Part shown: positions 1 through 8,649 of the stretch, piece by piece
Layout: each line of letters starts with the position of its first letter
How positions within the stretch are numbered: position 1 is the stretch's first letter
The notes under the pieces: generated by a model
The model's input: the letters and a program-made list of their open reading frames with translations, nothing else
Databases searched by the model: none
Told to the model about the DNA's origin: nothing
Assembly (NCBI GenBank): GCA_044359815.1
Contig: JBIKLL010000001.1
Location: 64,001-128,000 of the forward strand
Reading direction: 5' to 3'
From: Pseudobdellovibrionaceae bacterium
GTDB taxonomy: Bacteria; Bdellovibrionota; Bdellovibrionia; Bdellovibrionales; Bdellovibrionaceae
DNA length: 64,000 nucleotides
Position numbers and translations under genes: made by a program

Positions 1-219
1 TGAGTCATTAAATAAAAGCAATTTTTTTGCTTTTATTTAATGACTCAACACCAGATATGCCCCGCGCGCTCGCTGCATGTGTCTAAAAACAGTAAAAACA
101 AATTATTTTTGCATTTACGCAATACGAGAGATGAGCTTGCGGCCGTTAGCGGGTATTCTCAAGGTGTGAAATCATAGAAATATTTTTTTAAAATTCAAAT
201 TAGCCGAAGCCAAGTGGGC
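1..219. repeat. Partial copy (cut by window edge) of a long palindromic intergenic repeat element
   Basis: 1-150 matches the reverse complement of 14014-14163 without gaps (9 mismatches by hand count). Perfect 21-bp inverted repeat 1-21/27-47. Terminal AGCCAAGTGGGC (208-219) is identical to 14335-14346. Confidence 0.9.
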
Positions 220-224
220 AGTTT

Positions 225-1334
225 TTAAAAATTAGCTCCAAAATCCAAATGATTTCTTTTGTAATCCCCAGTGCTTTGCGCATCAATATTGGTTTTTTGA
301 TCAAACACAGATAGGGCCACATAGGATTTGGCACTCAGTTTATAACTGACTGAGGCCACGTAGCCCTTGGCAGAGGTATTGCCTTTAGCAAAGTCTGCAT
401 CGGTAAACAGTCCCACAACAGAATCTTTTTCGATTTCTTGCTGTGAAAAATGCAAACCCCATTTGTCGATATTAAAAACCAATCCGTACGAGGTAGCTAC
501 TGAATAGCTTAAAGCCTTAGTGTTTTCATTCATCTCATAAAATAATCCGATTTCGTAGTCTTCAGGCTTAAACTTAAGCTCAAACATTTTCTGCGAAATC
601 ACAAACTCTGTAGGATAGTTTCCTGATGAATCAAAAGTGTTGTTTCCAGCTGTGGCTGTGGTCGCTCCTGAAACTAAATCCGATGGAGCGGTATTTTTAA
701 TACCTACAAATTCGTACTGGCCAAAACCAAACATAACCGAATAAAACCCCTGCTTGAGAGTGTACAAAATCTGTCCCCCATTTATATCGTTGTCAGTTTG
801 CTCGTTTCCGTTAGTGCTGTCGTAGTTTTCTCTGATTTTAAAGGTTGCTCCGTTCATCGCAAGTTCGTGTTCATTTTCAAACTTAACAAAATATTTTGCA
901 GCAAACCCCTCAAAGGAAATATCCCGGTCAAACAGCATTTGATTTTTACCCGCAAAATAAAACGGACCTGGCTGCTTACCCAATAACAAATGCAAATCAC
1001 CAATGGCCTCGTAGTCAGCAAAAGCCTGATCTAACCCAATTGTGCGCTTAGGCATTCCCGGCGCATTGCGATCACCCAGGGTCTGATTGCTGCTGACTGC
1101 CTTTGTGCCCGTAGAGATTCTAAAGTTTGCCTTTAGATTCTCAGTGACTTCAGCCCCAACTCCTAAGCGAGCCATCAGCTGCTGAGAATTCTGCTGTTTG
1201 TTGGTTCCTACAGTTTCAGTTAAAAATCTGTATCTCAAATCACCATTGATTACAGGCTCAGCATAAACAGATAACGGGATAAACAAGGGTGTTAAAATCA
1301 ATGTCAGCAAAATTTTTAATTGAGCAGTTTGCAT
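225..1334 (-). CDS. Putative outer-membrane porin (Porin_5-like)
   Basis: Signal peptide, N-terminal GDLRYR, 'SSNQTL', 'FDRDISFEG' motifs, amphipathic beta strands, C-terminal Phe. Confidence 0.75.
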   Translation of the reverse strand: MQTAQLKILLTLILTPLFIPLSVYAEPVINGDLRYRFLTETVGTNKQQNSQQLMARLGVGAEVTENLKANFRISTGTKAVSSNQTLGDRNAPGMPKRTIGLDQAFADYEAIGDLHLLLGKQPGPFYFAGKNQMLFDRDISFEGFAAKYFVKFENEHELAMNGATFKIRENYDSTNGNEQTDNDINGGQILYTLKQGFYSVMFGFGQYEFVGIKNTAPSDLVSGATTATAGNNTFDSSGNYPTEFVISQKMFELKFKPEDYEIGLFYEMNENTKALSYSVATSYGLVFNIDKWGLHFSQQEIEKDSVVGLFTDADFAKGNTSAKGYVASVSYKLSAKSYVALSVFDQKTNIDAQSTGDYKRNHLDFGANF

Positions 1335-1531
1335 CCGGTACCTCTGTGGTTTGGAAAATTAAAATTCATTTTATGTGGCCTTATGCCTTTATAAACACTT
1401 CGCAATTGTAGGTAAATTTTCTTGTGACTGACAAATTCAATTGTGGGACTTAACAAGATGCAGATTGAATCCCAATAATTTGACATCACCCTGTTAAATG
1501 GCCAAGATATCAGCACAAGAGAGGTAACCCT

Positions 1532-1777
1532 ATGTCTGAAGATCTGCGTGCTGAATTAGAAAGACTTAAGAAAGAAAACGAAGCCCTTAAAACCAAGAAA
1601 CCCTCTCGCGGGACCATGTCCATGAAGGTCAGTGAAAAGGGAGCTCTTTCAGTATATGGTTTGGGCAGATTCCCGGTCACCTTGTACAAAGAACAGTGGC
1701 AGAAACTTTTAGCTATTTCAGAAGACATCAAAAAATTTATCGAAGAAAACGACGACCAGCTCAAAACCAAAGAATAG
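1532..1777 (+). CDS. Small conserved hypothetical protein (coiled coil + small beta/alpha domain, possibly nucleic-acid binding)
   Basis: GAGG Shine-Dalgarno upstream of ATG; motif KVSEKGALSVYGLGRFPVTLYKEQW. Confidence 0.75.
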   Translation: MSEDLRAELERLKKENEALKTKKPSRGTMSMKVSEKGALSVYGLGRFPVTLYKEQWQKLLAISEDIKKFIEENDDQLKTKE

Positions 1778-1788
1778 CTTTAACAGAT

Positions 1789-2544
1789 TCAATCTATCTG
1801 ACTCATGATTCGTAAAACCAGTTTTCGCGGCAAGAATTTTATCAAAATCATCGCAAGTTTATTCATTGAACCACTGATGATATTGGGGCCACATTTGGCC
1901 CGCAGCGCCCGCCACAGGCATTGGGCAACCTGATCGGGATTTTGAGTTATCAATGACCGACGGTCTCGCTCACCCCCAGCACGGTTTCTAAATTCTGTCA
2001 GGGTCTTGCCAGGGTGAAGACTGCAAACAAAAATATTCTTAGACTTATATTGGCTGTACAAGGTTTCGGTAAACGAAGTCACAAAGGCTTTTGTGCCACT
2101 GTAAAGCCCCAGATTCGGCAAGGGTGCAAAGGCCAAAACCGAGGAAACATTCACCAATGCATCGCCTGATTTTGCTGTTTTTAAAAAACTGTAACTGATT
2201 TTAACCAGGGCACTGATATTCAGATCCAGGACCTCTTGGTGTTTATCCATCGGAATCTCTGTAAAAGCCCCCACTCCCCCCAGTCCCGCATTATTAATAC
2301 ATACATCAAAACTGTCAGCTGCAATACGGTCCAATACTTTTTGCAGTTCTTTGGGATTACACAAATCTGCTTTTATATAATCAAATTGGTTTTTAAAATC
2401 AGATTTCATCAATTCAAGTTTATCGCTATTTCTGGCCACACCCACTACGAAATAGTTTTCTTTAATAAACAGCTCTGTCAGTGATTTTCCAATGCCCTCG
2501 GTGACCCCTGTGATAAGGGCCGTTCCCTTAAAATTTGTTTTCAT
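1789..2544 (-). CDS. Short-chain dehydrogenase/reductase (SDR)
   Basis: TGxxxGIG, NNAG and YxxxK (YSGTK) motifs. Confidence 0.9.
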   Translation of the reverse strand: MKTNFKGTALITGVTEGIGKSLTELFIKENYFVVGVARNSDKLELMKSDFKNQFDYIKADLCNPKELQKVLDRIAADSFDVCINNAGLGGVGAFTEIPMDKHQEVLDLNISALVKISYSFLKTAKSGDALVNVSSVLAFAPLPNLGLYSGTKAFVTSFTETLYSQYKSKNIFVCSLHPGKTLTEFRNRAGGERDRRSLITQNPDQVAQCLWRALRAKCGPNIISGSMNKLAMILIKFLPRKLVLRIMSQID

Positions 2545-2553
2545 TTAAAAATA

Positions 2554-3255
2554 CTAATTAAAGCTTTGCTCACAGGCAAAAGAAATTGATTGCGGGATCT
2601 GATCGATCATATTTTGAAGATGCCTGTCTTCCAATATATACTTGCCATACAAGATTTCAGCGGCATCCAAGGCTGTTTTAAAATAATCAACATCTTCAAA
2701 CCTGGGGGCATCGGGATTTACATCTCTGATCAAAATGTAAAACTTGATGGAGGGAAAAAGCCCCACAATCTCGCGATAAATCTGCTGATCCCAGGATGCA
2801 TTGTCTCCAATCAGCAAAACCTGATGGGGATGAACATCAGTAATCACCTTAAGCAGGCTAACTTTCTTGTGCTCATCAGGTTGATCAAAAATATTTCGCA
2901 AGTGCACAAAACCTCTAGGAAAAGAATTGAACTCTAAAAAATTATCATGCGAATCCCCCATAACTGCGTAGGGGGCATTACTGACGTAATAAATTAAGGA
3001 ATCAGGAATCGAAACCAATTGATGGTACAAAAATGCCATATTTTGCACGGCGTGGCCTGACGAAAAAGCTCTGACAACAGCTCTTGAAAACTTTAAAGTG
3101 CTGGATTCTTTTATTGTATCGTCTATATCTGAAATTATTAAAAACTGCGCAGAAGCGCTTTGAAAACTGAAAATAATGGTGAACAGTAAAATAAGGCCCT
3201 TAAGCTGCTTGATTGTGTGCATGTATGACACTGGTAATAGGTACTGTTTTTCCAA
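2554..3255 (-). CDS. App1/DUF2183-family HAD-like phosphatidate phosphatase, probably exported
   Basis: ISDIDDTIK, YVSNAP and LIGD motifs; signal-peptide-like N-terminus; true start may be slightly downstream. Confidence 0.8.
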   Translation of the reverse strand: MEKQYLLPVSYMHTIKQLKGLILLFTIIFSFQSASAQFLIISDIDDTIKESSTLKFSRAVVRAFSSGHAVQNMAFLYHQLVSIPDSLIYYVSNAPYAVMGDSHDNFLEFNSFPRGFVHLRNIFDQPDEHKKVSLLKVITDVHPHQVLLIGDNASWDQQIYREIVGLFPSIKFYILIRDVNPDAPRFEDVDYFKTALDAAEILYGKYILEDRHLQNMIDQIPQSISFACEQSFN

Positions 3256-3310
3256 TTGTAAACCTAAAATTCTGCTTTCTTAGAAATTCCGTCTCGGATA
3301 CACTAAAAAG

Positions 3311-3646
3311 ATGAAAAATCTTTTTGGTTATTCAGCTTTTATCTGCACTCTGATCGTTTTGCTGTCCTCTTGTTCGGCCTACAAATCTCAAGGCAGGAAA
3401 AATTTTGAAACAGATTCTGATGGCAGAACTGCTGGCGAGCTGAATGTGCAATCAATTGCCGATACCATGAGCCCTGAAAACCATGTTTATTTGGAAACAG
3501 AATCACAAAATCAGAAAAAATATTTTACTTTTTCCAAAGCCGAGCTGCTGAATGCACAATGCACAGAACTGTCGGCCGAATTACCCGTGATCTGCATTTC
3601 CGGGCAGGTTTACACCCTTTTAAGCGCAAAATTAATAGAGCCCTAA
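3311..3646 (+). CDS. Hypothetical lipoprotein
   Basis: Lipobox LSSC after a hydrophobic stretch. Confidence 0.65.
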   Translation: MKNLFGYSAFICTLIVLLSSCSAYKSQGRKNFETDSDGRTAGELNVQSIADTMSPENHVYLETESQNQKKYFTFSKAELLNAQCTELSAELPVICISGQVYTLLSAKLIEP

Positions 3647-3648
3647 AA

Positions 3649-5880
3649 TTATTGATTATTGATCCGGCTGACGCCAATGACGCCTTTGATTTTTTGCAAA
3701 TCCAATAACACTTGGGTCAGCTGAGCCGTGTTTTTAACACTGACATCAAAAGTCGCTACCGCCTTTTGATCTCTGGTGGTTCTAACACTGGCATTGTGGA
3801 TATTGATACCTTGCAGGGCAAAAGCTTCACTCATGGATTTAAGCAATCCAGGCATATCCTGTGACACCACACGAACTCTGACTATCCTTTGTTGGCTGGC
3901 CTCTGAAACCTGAGTGTTCCATTCGATTTCAATCCTTCGCATTTGATCAAACTCAAAAGCTTTTTTGCAATCACTGCGATGAACCGAAATCCCCCTGCCC
4001 CGAGTGATAAATCCCACAATGGAATCCCCTGGGATTGGATCACAGCAACGGGCATAATGGACCAATACATCATCCATCCCGCTGACTGTTACCAATGAAG
4101 TTGATTTTTTATTTTTCTGAGCGGCACTCTTAAAAAACGTCTGCAACATTGAAGGCTGTGCAGAGTCTTCCTTTTCTTCTTTCTGAGTGCCGGATAAAAC
4201 TTCTGGCGCCAGTCTTTCCAGCACAAATTTTGGTTCTAATTTGCCGTAACCGATACGGACCAAAATTTCATCATCATCATGAATCCCATGATCTTTTTTG
4301 AGCTTTTCATAAAGCTCACCTTTAAGCCATTTTGCAGAGCTGGCTCCGAATTTTCTGAATTCCCTCTCCAATAATTCTTTGCCAACTACTAATGAACGCT
4401 TTCTTTGCTCTTCTTTCACAAAGACTCGGATTTTTGTTTTAGCTTTATTGGTGACACAAATTTTTAACCAGTCTTTTGATGGGGACTGAGTCTTCGAAGT
4501 TATCACTTCAACAGTGTCCCCATTTTGCAAGCGGTATTTCAGCGGCACCATCTTGCCGTTCACCCGAGCACCCACGCAGCGATTACCCAGCTCTGTATGC
4601 ACAGCATAGGCAAAATCTATGGGCGTTGAACCTTCTGGAAACTCTCGAACCTCACCCTTTGGTGTAAAAACATAAATTTCTTGTTCGAACAAATCTGTTT
4701 TAACCGTGTCCAAAAATTCATCGGCATTGCCAACTTGTTGGTGCAGTGAAACCAAATCTTTCAGCCACTCCGATTGCCTGAAAGTTTCATCCGAGATTTT
4801 GCCACGCTCTTTGTATTTCCAGTGGGCGGCGATACCTCGCTCAGCAATTAAATTCATGTCTTTTGTTCTGATTTGAATTTCAATCCGCTCACCCTCGGGA
4901 CCAAACACTGTCGTGTGCAGGGATTGGTAATTATTGACCTTGGGCATAGCGATAAAATCTTTGAACCGCCCAGGGATCGGCTTCCACAATGAATGTATCA
5001 GTCCCAAAACCTCATAGCATTGTGACAATGTATCTACGATCACCCTGAAAGCCAGCACGTCATAAACTTGTTCGTAATCAATATTTCTTGAATTCATTTT
5101 TCGATAGATGGACCACAGATGCTTGCTTCTGCCAAAAACATCAAAATTTTTAAACCCTGCTTTTTGCAATTCGGAGATGATCATGATCTTCACATCATCA
5201 ATGTATTTAGCCTGTTCCTGTTCGTCTTTTTGAACTTTTTGAGCCAGCTCATAATACCGATCAGGGTGCAAAAATTTAAAACTCAGATCTTCCAGCTCGA
5301 TTTTTAACGAGCTGATACCCATACGACTGGCCAAGGGACAATAAATTTCCAAAGTCTCTTGAGCAATCTGTGCTTGTTTTAAAAACGGCATTGAATGAAG
5401 GGTTCTCATGTTGTGTAAGCGGTCCGCCAGCTTAACTAAAATCACCCGAACGTCTTTTCCCATGGCGACGATCATCTTTCTGACGTTTTCGCCCTGCCGT
5501 TCACTAGTTGATTTAAACTGCATCTTAGAAAGCTTTGTAACCCCGTCCACCAACAGTGCAATGGTATCGCCAAATTGTGTACGGACTTCATCGATGGTTG
5601 CGTGAGTGTCTTCAACAGTGTCGTGCAATAGCCCTGTGACGATGGAATCCAAATCCAAATGCAAATCAGCCAGAATGCCTGCAACACAAAGCGGGTGTAA
5701 AATATAGGGCTCACCACTTCTTCTCATTTGACCTGAATGTGCTTTTTCCGAAAATTCGTAGGCTTTTTTAATCAAGGTTAAATCAGCAGCCGAATGGTAT
5801 GAGGTGATCTTTTCGCAAAGATCTTCTACCGATTTAAGGTCCTTTGAACTGATTTTATCTGAAGCAGCGAATTCAGCCAT
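3649..5880 (-). CDS. spoT: Bifunctional (p)ppGpp synthetase/hydrolase Rel/SpoT
   Basis: HD motif (LLHDTVEDT), synthetase motifs YQSLH/EIQIRT, TGS, CC-ZFD and ACT domains; follows gmk-rpoZ. Confidence 0.97.
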   Translation of the reverse strand: MAEFAASDKISSKDLKSVEDLCEKITSYHSAADLTLIKKAYEFSEKAHSGQMRRSGEPYILHPLCVAGILADLHLDLDSIVTGLLHDTVEDTHATIDEVRTQFGDTIALLVDGVTKLSKMQFKSTSERQGENVRKMIVAMGKDVRVILVKLADRLHNMRTLHSMPFLKQAQIAQETLEIYCPLASRMGISSLKIELEDLSFKFLHPDRYYELAQKVQKDEQEQAKYIDDVKIMIISELQKAGFKNFDVFGRSKHLWSIYRKMNSRNIDYEQVYDVLAFRVIVDTLSQCYEVLGLIHSLWKPIPGRFKDFIAMPKVNNYQSLHTTVFGPEGERIEIQIRTKDMNLIAERGIAAHWKYKERGKISDETFRQSEWLKDLVSLHQQVGNADEFLDTVKTDLFEQEIYVFTPKGEVREFPEGSTPIDFAYAVHTELGNRCVGARVNGKMVPLKYRLQNGDTVEVITSKTQSPSKDWLKICVTNKAKTKIRVFVKEEQRKRSLVVGKELLEREFRKFGASSAKWLKGELYEKLKKDHGIHDDDEILVRIGYGKLEPKFVLERLAPEVLSGTQKEEKEDSAQPSMLQTFFKSAAQKNKKSTSLVTVSGMDDVLVHYARCCDPIPGDSIVGFITRGRGISVHRSDCKKAFEFDQMRRIEIEWNTQVSEASQQRIVRVRVVSQDMPGLLKSMSEAFALQGINIHNASVRTTRDQKAVATFDVSVKNTAQLTQVLLDLQKIKGVIGVSRINNQ

Positions 5881-5924
5881 GGTTCATCTGCCTTATCGGG
5901 AAATTACTTTGTGATCTTAAAAAC

Positions 5925-6170
5925 TTATGAGTTTTTATTCAGATCTTTTTCTATTTGGATTTCTGGCAAACCACGACTTGGGTCGGTATCAAATTCCACA
6001 TTGCCAGCTGCAACTTCACGAAGAGCTCCAACAATCATCTTATTGCCTTTGGTAGCAACAGTTTGTTCAGCCCCTTTCATAAGTTGTTTTGCGCGTTTGG
6101 CAACCAACAGGACTAAAGCAAATCGATTATGAACTTTGTCTAAACAATCTTCGACCGTTACACGAGCCAT
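5925..6170 (-). CDS. rpoZ: RNA polymerase omega subunit
   Basis: MARVTVEDC...NRFALV...AKRAKQL signature. Confidence 0.97.
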   Translation of the reverse strand: MARVTVEDCLDKVHNRFALVLLVAKRAKQLMKGAEQTVATKGNKMIVGALREVAAGNVEFDTDPSRGLPEIQIEKDLNKNS

Positions 6171-6236
6171 TTATGCACCCCAATACCTTTGACTGGAACT
6201 TTTATTAGTAACCAAACCAGAGGTCAAAAACTAATG

Positions 6237-6794
6237 CTATCTTAGTAAATCTTCAACGATTTTCTTAAAATTTAAATAAGAAGACTCAAACTCATCATTG
6301 ACCAGCGTGAAGTCAAATTTGTGGGCGTGTTCGATTTCCTTTTTGGCATTGGTCATTCGCACTTCCAAATCAGCTGGCACAGACCCCTGCCTCTTAATTA
6401 CGCGACGCCTTAACTCATCGATATTCGGAGGTAAAATAAATATTGTTTGAGCGTCTGGAAACTGCTTTTTAAAGGTAGCCGCCCCTTGCACGTCAATATC
6501 CATGATGACACATTTACCCTGAGCCCAGGCCTGATCGATTTGGTCCGATGGTGTTCCATACAAATTTCCATGCACTGTTGCCCATTCGATAAAGAAACCT
6601 TTTTTGATCTTTTCTTGAAATTCCTCAACCGAGATAAAAAAGTAAGGCTTACCCTGGCTTTCACCCACTCGCTGTTGCCGAGTCGTGCACGTAATAACGT
6701 CATACAGAGAAGGTATTTCCCTGCAAATCCGATCAACAAAACTGCTTTTGCCAGCCCCGCTGGGAGCGGCAACAATGATCATGCGATTTTTCAT
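6237..6794 (-). CDS. gmk: Guanylate kinase
   Basis: APSGAGKS P-loop, HGNLYGT, DIDVQGA. Confidence 0.97.
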   Translation of the reverse strand: MKNRMIIVAAPSGAGKSSFVDRICREIPSLYDVITCTTRQQRVGESQGKPYFFISVEEFQEKIKKGFFIEWATVHGNLYGTPSDQIDQAWAQGKCVIMDIDVQGAATFKKQFPDAQTIFILPPNIDELRRRVIKRQGSVPADLEVRMTNAKKEIEHAHKFDFTLVNDEFESSYLNFKKIVEDLLR

Positions 6795-7672
6795 TCGACG
6801 TTTTGTACCTGCTCCCTCAGCCTTTCAATCAAAGTTTTTGCCTGAACCACGTTTTGAGTCAATTTTGACAAACTGCTTTTAGAACCAATGGTATTGATCT
6901 CTCGCAGCAGTTCCTGAGTGTAAAAATCCAATTTTTTACCCTGAGCTCCGCTTTCGTGAATCAATTTTGTGTAATTCTGAATGTGTTCTTTAAGGCGGCT
7001 CAGTTCCTCGTTGATATCTGATTTTTCAATCTGAATCACCACTTCCTGGGAAAGCCTTGATGAATCAATCTCTAAGCCCTCGAGCTTTGATTTTATTTTT
7101 TGCTCAAATTTCTCAAGCAAAATTTGATTGGCCTCTTCTCGTTCACTGTGAATTTTTTCGACGATGTTTTTAAGTTCACCTAGCAATTTTAAAATATCAT
7201 TAGTGACGCTTTTGCCTTCACGCAATCTTTCCTGATTGCAGGCACTGCAGGCCTTTTCAAATGCTTTCAATAATATCTTTTTCTCAGATCCCGACAGCAC
7301 AGGGCCCTGTTCCTTTTTGTAAACCATATCAGGAACTTTCATCAGTGTTTCAATACTGATATCCTGTTTAATATTCAGCTGCTGTGACAGTTTTTTTAAT
7401 TCAATGGCCAAGGACTTTGCCAAAGGATAATTCACCACTAACTGAAAATCCTTGCGACCAGGATTAGGCTTCACTGATACAAAAACATCAACAGTGCCCC
7501 GTCTGAAGGATTTTTCGATGATTTTTTTAAAATCCACTTCAGCTGCAAAAATTTCCTTGGGAACATGAAATCGCGTTTCCAAAAACCGGCCGTTCACAGA
7601 CCTGATACTGACTTCGTATTTAAAAGATTTAGAGTGTGATTCGCCCACCCCATAGCCAGTCATGCTTTTCAT
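6791..7672 (-). CDS. yicC: YicC/YloC family endoribonuclease
   Basis: MKSMTGYG start, SVNGRFLE, GKKLDFYTQELLREINTIGSK, REQVQNVE. Start set at ATG 7672. Confidence 0.93.
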   Translation of the reverse strand: MKSMTGYGVGESHSKSFKYEVSIRSVNGRFLETRFHVPKEIFAAEVDFKKIIEKSFRRGTVDVFVSVKPNPGRKDFQLVVNYPLAKSLAIELKKLSQQLNIKQDISIETLMKVPDMVYKKEQGPVLSGSEKKILLKAFEKACSACNQERLREGKSVTNDILKLLGELKNIVEKIHSEREEANQILLEKFEQKIKSKLEGLEIDSSRLSQEVVIQIEKSDINEELSRLKEHIQNYTKLIHESGAQGKKLDFYTQELLREINTIGSKSSLSKLTQNVVQAKTLIERLREQVQNVE

Positions 7673-7694
7673 TTTTCTATTTTTGAAGTGCAAA

Positions 7695-8621
7695 TCAAAG
7701 CCAGTCAACAATTGTCTTTAAAATACCCTTATGGTCCTGAAAATCGTAGCGAAGCATCGAACCATGCAGTTCGCGCTGATACCAAGTTCTTTGCTTTTTA
7801 GCGAGCTTCATAGTGGCTTGTACAATGTCAGCATGCAATTGAGTCTTGTCTATTTTTTCTACATCAAAACCGCATTGTTGCAGATGAAACAACGCTTGCT
7901 TATACCCCACCGATTGCAGTGCAGGAAAATCTAACCCCAGGGACTCTTTTACCGAAATTATTTCCTGCAAAATGCCCTCATTCAAAATTCTAACGGTACG
8001 ATCGGTAATCCTTTGTAACAAAACAGGTCTTGAAATCTGCAGTACAAATTCCTTAAACGGATAAGGAAATAATTTTTTTTGGGCAAGGACCAGCTCTGAA
8101 ACTTTCTTACCTGAAGACCTTAAAATCTCGACAGCTCTGCCGATTCGGTAATGATCATTAACATGTAGTTTTTTGTAAGTTTCAAAATCTTTTTCCTTAA
8201 TTTCTGACAGCAACCTCTCGGCACCACCTTCTGATCTCAGCTCAGTTTCAATGGAATCTTTGAGCTTTGAATCCCCAACTGGATTGTCATACATTCCAGT
8301 GATCAATGAATAGGTGTAAAATCCCGACCCTCCAACAATGACAGTCAGTTTTTTGCGGGTCTCCAGTTCCTTTAATAAATTTAAAACCTTTTTTGTAAAT
8401 TGCCCGGCTGTTAGGGGTTCGTCGATAGACTGAGTCCCAAACATGTAGTTTTCAAACCCTACCAGCTCACTCTGATTGGGCCTGGCTGACCCCACGCTCA
8501 ATTGATTATAAAATTGCAAGCTGTCACTGTTGATGATTGCCGCATCTGTTTTTTCGGCGATTTTAAACGCCAGTTCGGATTTGCCTGAGGCCGTCGGGCC
8601 CGAAATAAAAACGACTTTGAT
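7695..8621 (-). CDS. miaA: tRNA dimethylallyltransferase with probable non-AUG (ATC) start
   Basis: In-frame P-loop ISGPTASGKS lies upstream of the ORF-track TTG (8519). Also DSLQFY, VGGSGFY, AKKQRTW. AGGAG is 5 nt upstream of ATC at 8621. Confidence 0.92.
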   Translation of the reverse strand: MKVVFISGPTASGKSELAFKIAEKTDAAIINSDSLQFYNQLSVGSARPNQSELVGFENYMFGTQSIDEPLTAGQFTKKVLNLLKELETRKKLTVIVGGSGFYTYSLITGMYDNPVGDSKLKDSIETELRSEGGAERLLSEIKEKDFETYKKLHVNDHYRIGRAVEILRSSGKKVSELVLAQKKLFPYPFKEFVLQISRPVLLQRITDRTVRILNEGILQEIISVKESLGLDFPALQSVGYKQALFHLQQCGFDVEKIDKTQLHADIVQATMKLAKKQRTWYQRELHGSMLRYDFQDHKGILKTIVDWL

Positions 8622-8649
8622 ACCTGCTCCTGAAAATCAATTTTGAATA

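Noticed and set aside
1335..1531. Pho boxes upstream of the first porin gene
   Set aside because: Only scattered partial TGTCA-like matches without 11-bp periodicity.
1510..1770. 86-aa minus-strand ORF
   Set aside because: Antisense shadow of the 1532-1777 gene, which has an SD and protein-like sequence.
7695..8519. miaA as a 5'-truncated pseudogene
   Set aside because: The P-loop is intact and in frame upstream, with an SD positioned for an ATC start.
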